Assembly (NCBI RefSeq): GCF_009931435.1
Contig: NZ_CP043414.1
From: Escherichia coli
Lineage (GTDB): Bacteria > Pseudomonadota > Gammaproteobacteria > Enterobacterales > Enterobacteriaceae
Length of the DNA: 64,000 bases
Direction: 5' to 3' (one strand)
Both the position numbers and the translations under genes were made by a program. The notes below the pieces were generated by a model. That model was not told the origin of the DNA and made no database searches. It saw nothing but the letters and a program-made list of their open reading frames with translations. Of the stretch, positions 44,197 to 52,260 are shown in pieces; positions within the stretch are counted from its first letter, which is position 1, and each line of letters starts with the position of its first letter.

Positions 44197-44267
44197 ATTT
44201 GTCTGCTTCAGTGAGTAGCTGGCAATGCTCCATCCACTCTGCAAGGATGATAATAAGAGGATCTGAT

Positions 44268-44450
44268 TCAGAAGAGTTTTGAAAAATTGGACCGCCATCG
44301 AGGCCTCGAACCCCGTACCATACAACAATCCTGGTTGTCGTCTGCTCTTCCTGATGAGCTAATGGCGGTTTGTGATATGAGCCTTACAGCATATTGTCTG
44401 TCAGGCTTGAGTGCGATGCGTAAGATACAGAAAAGACCCCACACAAACAT
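44268..44450 (-). CDS. Hypothetical 60-aa ORF at the position of K-12 yahM; coding status doubtful
   Basis: An ORF-track entry only, with no recognisable motif and no clear SD. It overlaps the tRNA-like sequence. A second short ORF in another frame (MAVQFFKTLLNQ..., from about 44301 downward) competes with it. Confidence 0.2.
   Translation of the reverse strand: MFVWGLFCILRIALKPDRQYAVRLISQTAISSSGRADDNQDCCMVRGSRPRWRSNFSKLF
44288..44368 (-). other. tRNA-like sequence (probable pseudo-tRNA or tRNA mimic), not a canonical tRNA
   Basis: The minus strand reads CCGCCAT TA GCTC ATCAGGAA GAGC AGACG ACAAC CAGGATT GTTGT ATGGTA CGGGG TTCGAGG CCTCG ATGGCGG T CCA. The 7-bp acceptor stem, D arm, T arm with TTCGA loop and encoded CCA all fit a cloverleaf. 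The D-to-anticodon junction (5 nt instead of 1) and the anticodon loop (A33, T37) do not. Confidence 0.5.
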
Positions 44451-44670
44451 GATGGAATTATGATTTTTTTCATATGAATGTCAACCAACACATTCATAAA
44501 ACACTCGCACAAGTTCACTTTTTAAGCAACATGACGCCGATCACAACAAAATATCGGCGAAAAAGGAGGGTAAATGCCATTTGACGTAGAGATAAGCAGA
44601 TGAAATGATTACCCGCTTTGCGATTCACTCTCTGATGGAATAAGAAATTGGAGATGGAAAAGTTTCTAAA

Positions 44671-45486
44671 CTAAAGAGTGTAGCGTATTTTAACGTGCTT
44701 ATTTACAGGATAATATTTGTCACCTAATTCCTGCACTCTATTAGATACCCATTGATTTAATCGTGCATCATCTCTGTATGTTTTTACGTTCAGAACGGAG
44801 AGCAATAACATCACTAGCGATTCAGGAAAAACAGGGTAAATATTTTTTAAGTGCAATAATAATTCATACGCAAGCGCCTGCTTAATAGGTGCGTCTGCGT
44901 CCGGAATGCGCGACATTTCGCGAAGCCATTTTTCTACATGCTCACATTCTTTCCCTTCACGGAAAAGTCTCAACAAAGGCATATGGTGCTCAAGAAGAAT
45001 GCATTTGCAATCTGTTCGTACTGAATCGATAAACTGCACTAATTTCTTAAGTCCGGTGAAGCGTCCGGCATGGATATTCTCTTTAATATCAAGAAACACG
45101 TCATCCTGATCATATACCCAAACGGTCCCTTTTTGATTTTCAAGTATCCGAAAAACAAACTTAATCGGGTAATCAGGGTAATCCACCCAGTCATAAACTC
45201 CAGGGAAATCATTAAACTGCACATTTATGGTAAGCGCATTGTCGGCTGCCCACTCGCAATCTCGTACGGCAGCCATGAGATAAATGAGTTTATCATCATC
45301 GACTAAATCATCACGACAATCATAAGGATAATCATAGTATTGTTTAATCAAAACCTTGAATATATCGACACAAGAAACCAGTGTACTTCTGATATCTTCA
45401 GGTAACTGATTGTTTTTAAACGTATTGTGTACGCTTTGTTTCGTATATAGCAACAAATTATTGTGCGGCGCTTTTAATGGTATCAT
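44671..45486 (-). CDS. yahL: Uncharacterised protein YahL (no recognisable domain)
   Basis: 271-aa ORF in a visibly AT-rich stretch. Its size and position (between yahK and yahN) match K-12 yahL. The protein sequence itself was not recalled, so the symbol is positional. Confidence 0.7.
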   Translation of the reverse strand: MIPLKAPHNNLLLYTKQSVHNTFKNNQLPEDIRSTLVSCVDIFKVLIKQYYDYPYDCRDDLVDDDKLIYLMAAVRDCEWAADNALTINVQFNDFPGVYDWVDYPDYPIKFVFRILENQKGTVWVYDQDDVFLDIKENIHAGRFTGLKKLVQFIDSVRTDCKCILLEHHMPLLRLFREGKECEHVEKWLREMSRIPDADAPIKQALAYELLLHLKNIYPVFPESLVMLLLSVLNVKTYRDDARLNQWVSNRVQELGDKYYPVNKHVKIRYTL

Positions 45487-45651
45487 TGCGATCTCTCTTA
45501 AATAAAAATAAACGTCGCAGATAATAAAGCCCTGATTAAACCAGGCACTATCAGAAATCGCTCATAACTAATATATGCAGCATTGTGTACTGGAGGGAAT
45601 TAATTTAACAATTTGAATTTACATTATAGATTTTACTGCTACTTTGATAGT

Positions 45652-45693
45652 ATTTCGCCCTTCTTAACTAAAAAGTTAAGTGGAGGGCGAAAT
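45652..45693. other. Long two-tier hairpin downstream of yahK
   Basis: atttcgccct (45652-45661) pairs with agggcgaaat (45684-45693). The inner cttaact (45663-45669) pairs with agttaag (45674-45680). No clear U-run follows on either strand. Confidence 0.4.
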
Positions 45694-45728
45694 TAATATG
45701 TTAAATCATAGAGCATTTATTAATTTTT

Positions 45729-46778
45729 TCAGTCTGTTAGTGTGCGATTATCGATAACAAAACGATATTTCACATCACCACGTAGCATTCGCTCATAGGC
45801 TTCATTAATTTGATCGGCCCGAATCATCTCTATATCAGCCACGATGCCATGTTCGGCGCAAAAATCGAGCATCTCCTGAGTTTCTGGAATGCCGCCAATC
45901 ATAGAACCGGCTATCGCACGGCGTTTCATGATCAGGTTGAAAACTTCCGGCGATTTATGCGGTGTCGCAGGCGCACCAACCAGGGTCATGGTGCCATCGC
46001 GCTTCAGCAAGGTGGTAAAATCATCGAGATTATGTGGCGCAGCTACGGTATTCAAAATGAAATCGAAACTCTTCACATGAGCCGCCATCTCATCGGCATT
46101 GCGCGAGTTAACAACTTCATCGGCCCCAAGGGCTTTTGCCGCTTCGCGTTTTGACTCAGACGTGGTAAATGCCACTACATGCGCCCCCATCGCGTGGGCC
46201 AGCTTTATCCCCATATGCCCCAGACCGCCAATGCCAACCACGCCCACTTTTTTACCCGGCCCGGCCTGCCAGTGACGCAGCGGCGAGTACGTGGTGATCC
46301 CTGCACACAATAAAGGCGCCACCGCCGCCAGTTGCGCTTGCGGGTGACGAATACGCAGAACATATCGCTCGTGAACGACAATCTGTTGTGAGTAGCCGCC
46401 CAGCGTATGGCCCGGTTCGTCCGGCGTCGGCGAGTTATAGGTGCCGGTCATGTGATCACAGTAGTTTTCCAGCCCGTCTTCACACTCTTCGCAATGTTTA
46501 CAACTGTCGACAATGCAGCCGACACCGACCAGATCGCCCGGCGCATATTTTTCTACCTGATCACCAACGGCTACCACGCGCCCTACAATTTCATGGCCCG
46601 GCACGCAGGGATAAACCGTCCCCGCCCACTCGGAACGGACCTGGTGGATATCGGAATGGCAGACGCCACAGTAAGCGATTTCAATTTTGACATCATGCGG
46701 TCCCGGTTCACGCCGGGTGATATCCATCGGTTCCAGCGGTTGTTTAGCGGAATATGCACCAACAGCTTTGATCTTCAT
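45729..46778 (-). CDS. yahK: NADPH-dependent aldehyde reductase (zinc alcohol dehydrogenase family)
   Basis: 349 aa with GHEIVGRVVAVGDQV and a structural zinc cluster CKHCEECEDGLENYC. Confidence 0.94.
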   Translation of the reverse strand: MKIKAVGAYSAKQPLEPMDITRREPGPHDVKIEIAYCGVCHSDIHQVRSEWAGTVYPCVPGHEIVGRVVAVGDQVEKYAPGDLVGVGCIVDSCKHCEECEDGLENYCDHMTGTYNSPTPDEPGHTLGGYSQQIVVHERYVLRIRHPQAQLAAVAPLLCAGITTYSPLRHWQAGPGKKVGVVGIGGLGHMGIKLAHAMGAHVVAFTTSESKREAAKALGADEVVNSRNADEMAAHVKSFDFILNTVAAPHNLDDFTTLLKRDGTMTLVGAPATPHKSPEVFNLIMKRRAIAGSMIGGIPETQEMLDFCAEHGIVADIEMIRADQINEAYERMLRGDVKYRFVIDNRTLTD

Positions 46779-46864
46779 TGTGTTTACTCCTGATTAGCTA
46801 TGTGTATTTGGCGATGCCTGAAATGCCATCGCAGCAAAACGCGTCCATTGAATATAGCCAATAT

Positions 46865-47821
46865 TTAAACCACCCGATCCAGCCCCAACATGCCGCGAGC
46901 CTGAATGAAACAGAGCAGCAACGTTCCCCATAAGGCCATCGTCAGGTAGGGGCTTATCCCGAGAATATTGAAGCCGCTTTCAATAATTTGCAGAAGAAAC
47001 AGCGCCAGCACCATACCAATTATCCGCCCGCTGCCGCCGTCCGGATTAACCCCGCCGAGTACTGCCGCGAGGATTGACACCAGCAAGTACGATTCGCCAT
47101 AAGAGGCCTTAGCCGAGTTGAGTTTCGACATCATCAAAAATGCCGCTACCGCACAAAGCAAGGCGGAAATGACATACACCCATATCAGCACCCGACGCGT
47201 GTTAATACCGGAGTAAAGTGTTGCTCGTTCGTTAGAACCAATCAGATAAATGGATTTACCGAGCGGCGTTTTCTCCAGCAATATCCACAGCCCCAGCGCC
47301 ACTGCGGTAAACAACCACATCGGTAGCGGAATACCGAACCACTGTGCATGATTCAACCACAGCACCCATGAGGGATAATTGGCAATGGCGCTACCGCCTG
47401 TCACCAGAATATTTACCCCTTTGAGCAACGTCATCATCCCAAGCGTTGCAAGAATTGGCGACACTCGAATACCGGCAATCAATACGCCATTACATAAACC
47501 AATTATCACCGCCGCACCAGCGCCCGCCAGCAGCGTAGCGACAACCGTAGTAATACCCGGCGGATACTGAGTCGCCACCCACGCCATCACCAGTGAACAG
47601 GCGTTAGCGGTAGCAATAATTGACAAGTTAATGCCGCCACAAAGCATGGTCACCGCCATAGCCAACGCCAGAATGCCCAGCACGGGCATTTGCGAAGCGA
47701 CAGACTGGAAGTTACTTATCGACCAGAAAATCTCCGGCATAGTAATGCTGAACGCGGCAACAGTTAGCACCAGCAGGCCGATCAAATAAAACTCAACGTT
47801 ATTACGCCACGATTTTTTCAT
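46865..47821 (-). CDS. Sugar-type (CUT2) ABC transporter permease 2
   Basis: Multi-pass membrane protein of the ribose/branched-chain permease family. The ATG at 47821 forms an ATGA overlap with the upstream permease stop. The ORF-track start at 47851 is an extension. Confidence 0.88.
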   Translation of the reverse strand: MKKSWRNNVEFYLIGLLVLTVAAFSITMPEIFWSISNFQSVASQMPVLGILALAMAVTMLCGGINLSIIATANACSLVMAWVATQYPPGITTVVATLLAGAGAAVIIGLCNGVLIAGIRVSPILATLGMMTLLKGVNILVTGGSAIANYPSWVLWLNHAQWFGIPLPMWLFTAVALGLWILLEKTPLGKSIYLIGSNERATLYSGINTRRVLIWVYVISALLCAVAAFLMMSKLNSAKASYGESYLLVSILAAVLGGVNPDGGSGRIIGMVLALFLLQIIESGFNILGISPYLTMALWGTLLLCFIQARGMLGLDRVV

Positions 47822-48789
47822 AGCAGACTCCGGTTCTGATGCTGACTCCACGCCGTGGCACTAATGCTGGCAACGATGATGATGCCTGTGATCAATGTTT
47901 GCCAGTAAGACGAGACTCCCAATAAATTTAGCCCGTTTTGCATCACTGCCAACAACACCACGCCGAGCAAAGTACCGGTTAACGTGCCGCGCCCGCCGAG
48001 CAAACTAGTGCCGCCAAGCACCACCGCAGCCAGTACTGTCAGCTCATAACCCAGAAGAGAATCGGGGGCGACAGTCATCACCGTCCACGACTGCACTACA
48101 CCCGCAGCACCAGACATCAATCCCATATAGCCGTAAACGAAAAGTTGCAGTTTCAGCACGCTAAAGCCGATGCGACTGGCTGATTCACGGTTCCCGCCAA
48201 GGGCATAAATTTTGCGCCCTACACTGGTGAAATTCATGATAAACGCTGTCAGCAGCACCACCGTAATCATGGCGATCAGCGGCAGACCAAGGCCATAGTC
48301 ATAGCCGTCAACATCGGTGTACTTGAACAACATTACCCCCTGCTCAAACCACGGCGGAAAGTCGTACAGCCACACACCTTTACTCAACCATAACAGCAGG
48401 CCATAGAAAATATTCAGCGTCGAAATGGTGATGATGATAGAAGGCACCCGTAGGCGATTAACCAGTAAGGCGTTTATTAAGCCAAGTAAAATGCCGATGC
48501 CGCCCGCCAGGGCAAACGCGACAGCAAAGTTGCCACCCATTTTTTGTAGCAACAGCACCATGCCGTATTGCGCAATGATGGTCATTGCTGGAAACGAAAT
48601 ATCAATTCCACCGGAAATTAACACCACAAACAAACCACAGGCGAGAATAGTCAACATGGCATAGTTATTGGCGAGATCGTACAAATTACCGAATGTCAGA
48701 AACTCGTCGCTGCGCCAGGCAAGGCCAACAAACAGCACTATAATCAGTAATGCCAGCCAGAATTCATGACGTTTTTTCAGTTCAGCCAT
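47818..48789 (-). CDS. Sugar-type (CUT2) ABC transporter permease 1
   Basis: 323-aa multi-pass membrane protein. Its start overlaps the ATPase stop by 8 bp. Confidence 0.88.
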   Translation of the reverse strand: MAELKKRHEFWLALLIIVLFVGLAWRSDEFLTFGNLYDLANNYAMLTILACGLFVVLISGGIDISFPAMTIIAQYGMVLLLQKMGGNFAVAFALAGGIGILLGLINALLVNRLRVPSIIITISTLNIFYGLLLWLSKGVWLYDFPPWFEQGVMLFKYTDVDGYDYGLGLPLIAMITVVLLTAFIMNFTSVGRKIYALGGNRESASRIGFSVLKLQLFVYGYMGLMSGAAGVVQSWTVMTVAPDSLLGYELTVLAAVVLGGTSLLGGRGTLTGTLLGVVLLAVMQNGLNLLGVSSYWQTLITGIIIVASISATAWSQHQNRSLL

Positions 48790-50266
48790 TTACCACCTCC
48801 GCAATCCTGGCCTGAGAACTGCTGTCAGGCAGGAAGCTATGGGTGATCTGACCTTTTTGCATTACCAAAATCCGGTGGCTTTGATACCACGCTTCTTCAA
48901 TTTCATCGCAGATCATCAATACCGCAATGCCATGAGCCGCCAGATCGCTGATAATGCCGTATATTCCTGCTTTGTTGGCGATATCAACACCGACAGTCGG
49001 GCTATCGAGAATCAACAGTCGTGGCCCAATCGCCAGCCATTTGGCGATCGATACTCGCTGCGCGTTACCCCCGGAAAGCGTATTCACCGGGAGATGTGGG
49101 TCAGAGACTTTGATGGTCAATGCCTTAATTAGCCTGTCCACCAGGTCACGCACTTTAGCTTCACTCAGAAAGCCGAAGCGATCTTTTACCTTGTGAAAAA
49201 CAGTGCTAATGATGTTGTCTTCAATAGATTGCGCCATCACCAAACCGCGCGACATGCGATCTTCCGAAACATAACCAATACCGTGGCGGATGGCGTCCTG
49301 GTTACTATGCAGTGTAACCGGCTGACCGTTGATGAGGATCTCACCAGCATCCGGTCGGGTCATACCAAACAGACTCAGACATAATTCCGTGCGCCCCGCA
49401 CCAAGCAGGCCAACAATCGACACCACTTCGCCCGCTTCCACCCGCAAGTTAATATTTTGATATTCCCCATGACGACTTAAATTACGCACCTCCAGCACTG
49501 GGGTGCTGGATTTTCCCTGCCACAACTCTCGCACCTGATATTCAAACTCCTGGCCGGTCATCAGGAAACCGAGTTGTTTTGTGGTCATCTCTGCAGCCGG
49601 AAAGGTCCCGACCAGCTCACCATCTTTCAACACTGAAATACGGTCGGAAACTTCCATCACCTCTTCCAGACGATGACTGACGAAGACCACGCAGATCCCG
49701 CGTTCCCGCAATTGATGCACCACCTGTAATAACCCTTGCACTTCCTGATGGGTCAGCGAAGCGGTTGGTTCATCCATCACGATCAACCGTGCGTCCTGCG
49801 CCAGTGCACGGCAAATTGCCACCAGCTGACAGCGGGCAATTGAAAGCTCAGAAACGAGCGTATCCAGTGGCAATGTGACGTTAATACTGGTCATTGCCGC
49901 CTGCGCCACCTCACGCAGACGACGTCGGTTAACAAACAGTCCGTGGTGATAGTGATTCACGGCGATATTCTCCCAGACACTCAGGTTAGGAAATAAAGAG
50001 AGGTCCTGATAAATCACCTGAATCCCCTGCGCCACCGAAGCGGCGGGTGTCAGCTTTGACCAGTTTTTCCCACCAAGCGTAATTTCCGCCCCCTCATCCG
50101 GGCGATAAACACCGGACATAATTTTAATCAACGTCGATTTACCACAGCCGTTTTGCCCGGCAAGGCAGTGCACCTCACCCGACATAAAGTCGAGAGAAAC
50201 ATCGCGCAGCGCTCGCGTGGCATGAAACGTTTTGTTGATATGACGAAGGGAAAGGAAGGTTTCCAT
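48782..50266 (-). CDS. Sugar ABC transporter ATP-binding protein (two fused ABC domains)
   Basis: Walker A GQNGCGKST and a second GLLGAGRTE; LSGGNAQRV signature. The ATG at 50266 (METFLSLRHINKTF) is preceded by agggga. The ORF-track start at 50281 is a TTG. Confidence 0.9.
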   Translation of the reverse strand: METFLSLRHINKTFHATRALRDVSLDFMSGEVHCLAGQNGCGKSTLIKIMSGVYRPDEGAEITLGGKNWSKLTPAASVAQGIQVIYQDLSLFPNLSVWENIAVNHYHHGLFVNRRRLREVAQAAMTSINVTLPLDTLVSELSIARCQLVAICRALAQDARLIVMDEPTASLTHQEVQGLLQVVHQLRERGICVVFVSHRLEEVMEVSDRISVLKDGELVGTFPAAEMTTKQLGFLMTGQEFEYQVRELWQGKSSTPVLEVRNLSRHGEYQNINLRVEAGEVVSIVGLLGAGRTELCLSLFGMTRPDAGEILINGQPVTLHSNQDAIRHGIGYVSEDRMSRGLVMAQSIEDNIISTVFHKVKDRFGFLSEAKVRDLVDRLIKALTIKVSDPHLPVNTLSGGNAQRVSIAKWLAIGPRLLILDSPTVGVDIANKAGIYGIISDLAAHGIAVLMICDEIEEAWYQSHRILVMQKGQITHSFLPDSSSQARIAEVVNG

Positions 50267-50314
50267 AGCATCCCCTGGCAATAAGAATCGGGGCTTTCGC
50301 CCCGAAGAAATGGA

Positions 50315-51301
50315 TTAATAAAGTGAGTCAATATTGTCTTTGTTGACCAGTAATACCTTATGGAAACGGATAATTCGCTTATCCATATCTACGTCGGCCT
50401 TACCGAGATTCTCCATTTCTAATCCAGGTTTGATCTCTTCACCCTTCAGCAACGTGCTGGCGACGGCCGCGAGTGCGTAACCTGCAGAGGCCGGATCGTA
50501 AGTAATCCCTTCGGTGATATCACCACTTTTAATCAGTGATGCCGCCTGTGAAGGGATCATCATGCCATAGACTGCGACTTTATTTTTCGCCCGTTTCTCT
50601 TTCACTGCACGTCCCGCGCCAATCGGACCGTTTGAACCAAAGGAGACAACCGCTTTCAAGTCAGGATAGGTTTTCATGAGGTCCAGTGTGGTACGACGTG
50701 AGTCATCCACACTCTCGGCAACCGGCATGCGGCGGGTAACTTCATGCATATCCGGGTAATGCTCTTTCTGGTATTTCACCAGCAAGTCAGCCCATAAGTT
50801 ATGCTGCGGCACGGTCAAACTACCCACGTAAATCACATAGCCGCCCTTGCCACCCATGCGTTTCGCCATATGTTCAACATATTCAGCGGCAAATTTTTCG
50901 TTATCAATGATTTCGATATCCCAGTTAGCACTTGGCTGACCGGGGGATTCGTTGGTCAGAACCACAATTCCGGCATCTCGCGCTTTTTTGAATACCGGTT
51001 CCAGCACGTTGGCATCGTTTGGCACGATAGTAATTGCGTTAACCTTACGAGCGATTAAATCCTCAATAATTTTAACCTGTTGAGGAGCATCAGTACTTGA
51101 AGGTCCCACCTGTGACGCATTAACACCAAAGGCTTTACCTGCCTCGACCACACCTTCGCCCATGCGATTAAACCACGGCATACCATCGACTTTAGAGATA
51201 TTCACCACGACTTTTTCCGCTGCCTGGAGCGGCGAGGAAATTAGCGCAGCGCCTAATAACAGCGAAGACACCATATTGATAACAAAACGTTTATTCATCA
51301 T
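50315..51301 (-). CDS. Periplasmic sugar-binding protein (LsrB/RhaS-like subfamily)
   Basis: Signal peptide MMNKRFVINMVSSLLLGAALISSPLQA. It resembles LsrB throughout and at the C-terminus (VLLVNKDNIDSLY versus the recalled LsrB VIFNKDNIDKYDF). Confidence 0.85.
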   Translation of the reverse strand: MMNKRFVINMVSSLLLGAALISSPLQAAEKVVVNISKVDGMPWFNRMGEGVVEAGKAFGVNASQVGPSSTDAPQQVKIIEDLIARKVNAITIVPNDANVLEPVFKKARDAGIVVLTNESPGQPSANWDIEIIDNEKFAAEYVEHMAKRMGGKGGYVIYVGSLTVPQHNLWADLLVKYQKEHYPDMHEVTRRMPVAESVDDSRRTTLDLMKTYPDLKAVVSFGSNGPIGAGRAVKEKRAKNKVAVYGMMIPSQAASLIKSGDITEGITYDPASAGYALAAVASTLLKGEEIKPGLEMENLGKADVDMDKRIIRFHKVLLVNKDNIDSLY

Positions 51302-51461
51302 TTCAGCCTCATTGCAGGGTAGTCAGGAAGTGTTCGCCCAAATTAGCGCGCTGGAGAGAATAAGAATTTTCGAATATTTTTATGCAGAATAAACAGCCCT
51401 ATTTCAGGCAGCTATTAAAAATTTGGTTATAAATATGGACAAAATGGGCAGCAACAATAAG

Positions 51462-51477
51462 TGTGACATTCATCACG
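51462..51477. promoter_or_regulatory. Near-consensus CRP site upstream of the ABC transporter operon
   Basis: tgtga-cattca-tcacg, compared with the consensus TGTGA-N6-TCACA. It lies about 165 bp upstream of the binding-protein start. Confidence 0.6.
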
Positions 51478-51551
51478 TAAAAAATAGTAAAACAAACACA
51501 ATTAACGATATTTTATGTTTGTGAGTTTATTTCATGCGGATAGAGAGTTAT

Positions 51552-51962
51552 CTACACAACTTCAATGAGGGCATATTCTTCAAAAATAACGTCCATTTCG
51601 GGTGAATAGCTTCCCTCTGCCTGGAAAAAACGACGGTGTTCATTGCGCCAATATTCAAGACTAAGATCACCTTCACCTTCCTTGCGGGCAATCTCTTCGG
51701 TGACATCAGAAAAGCGCAGTAAATGCAGGCCAATCACTCTGATAACACATACAGGCTCACCACGGCTATTTTCTACAATCTTATACTCGCCAATCATCGG
51801 AAATGCGTTGTCTTCAATACATCCTGCCAGCGAACCACAGGAAGCAGTTTTAACACCAGTTGCAATCAACGTTGCGAGGTAATCGGCCAACGCTGCTGAA
51901 TCGCCAAAACTACAAAAGGAAGCATGGGGATATTTTTGTGAGATTTTTTCTTTTATGGTCAT
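51552..51962 (-). CDS. ASCH-domain protein (COG4405/YhfF-like), function unknown
   Basis: Characteristic family pattern FGDS...LA..I..G.KTA...GEPVCVI....L..F..VTEE.A.KEGEGD.SLEYWR.EH..FF. The start is ambiguous (ATG at 51962, or the ORF-track start at 51992). Confidence 0.8.
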   Translation of the reverse strand: MTIKEKISQKYPHASFCSFGDSAALADYLATLIATGVKTASCGSLAGCIEDNAFPMIGEYKIVENSRGEPVCVIRVIGLHLLRFSDVTEEIARKEGEGDLSLEYWRNEHRRFFQAEGSYSPEMDVIFEEYALIEVV

Positions 51963-52260
51963 GGCAATATTTTCGCGATAACAGAACAACAAATTACATC
52001 TTAATTACTGTCGATAACTATCAGCAAGAGGATCATTGGTTTTTCTATGTTTAATCTTTTTTATCCGAAGCAGGTCACATTTATGGCTTGATAAATACCT
52101 TTGTTAAAACTCACTTTTGTGTATTTCTCTCAAATAATCCCCTGGAAATTATGCCGGGAGATTATAAAGTTCAGGATCATTCATTAACAAACCATTCCCG
52201 CCCCACTCCCTGGGGCTTAAATCTCTTACTATTCACCGTTGCAGGCGTTTCAAATTCGTA

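Noticed and set aside
44288-44368. Calling the tRNA-like sequence a functional tRNA gene
   Set aside because: The anticodon arm violates near-universal rules (U33, purine 37, a single nucleotide at position 26) and the 5' base is C. It is reported only as tRNA-like or pseudo-tRNA, pending covariance-model scoring.
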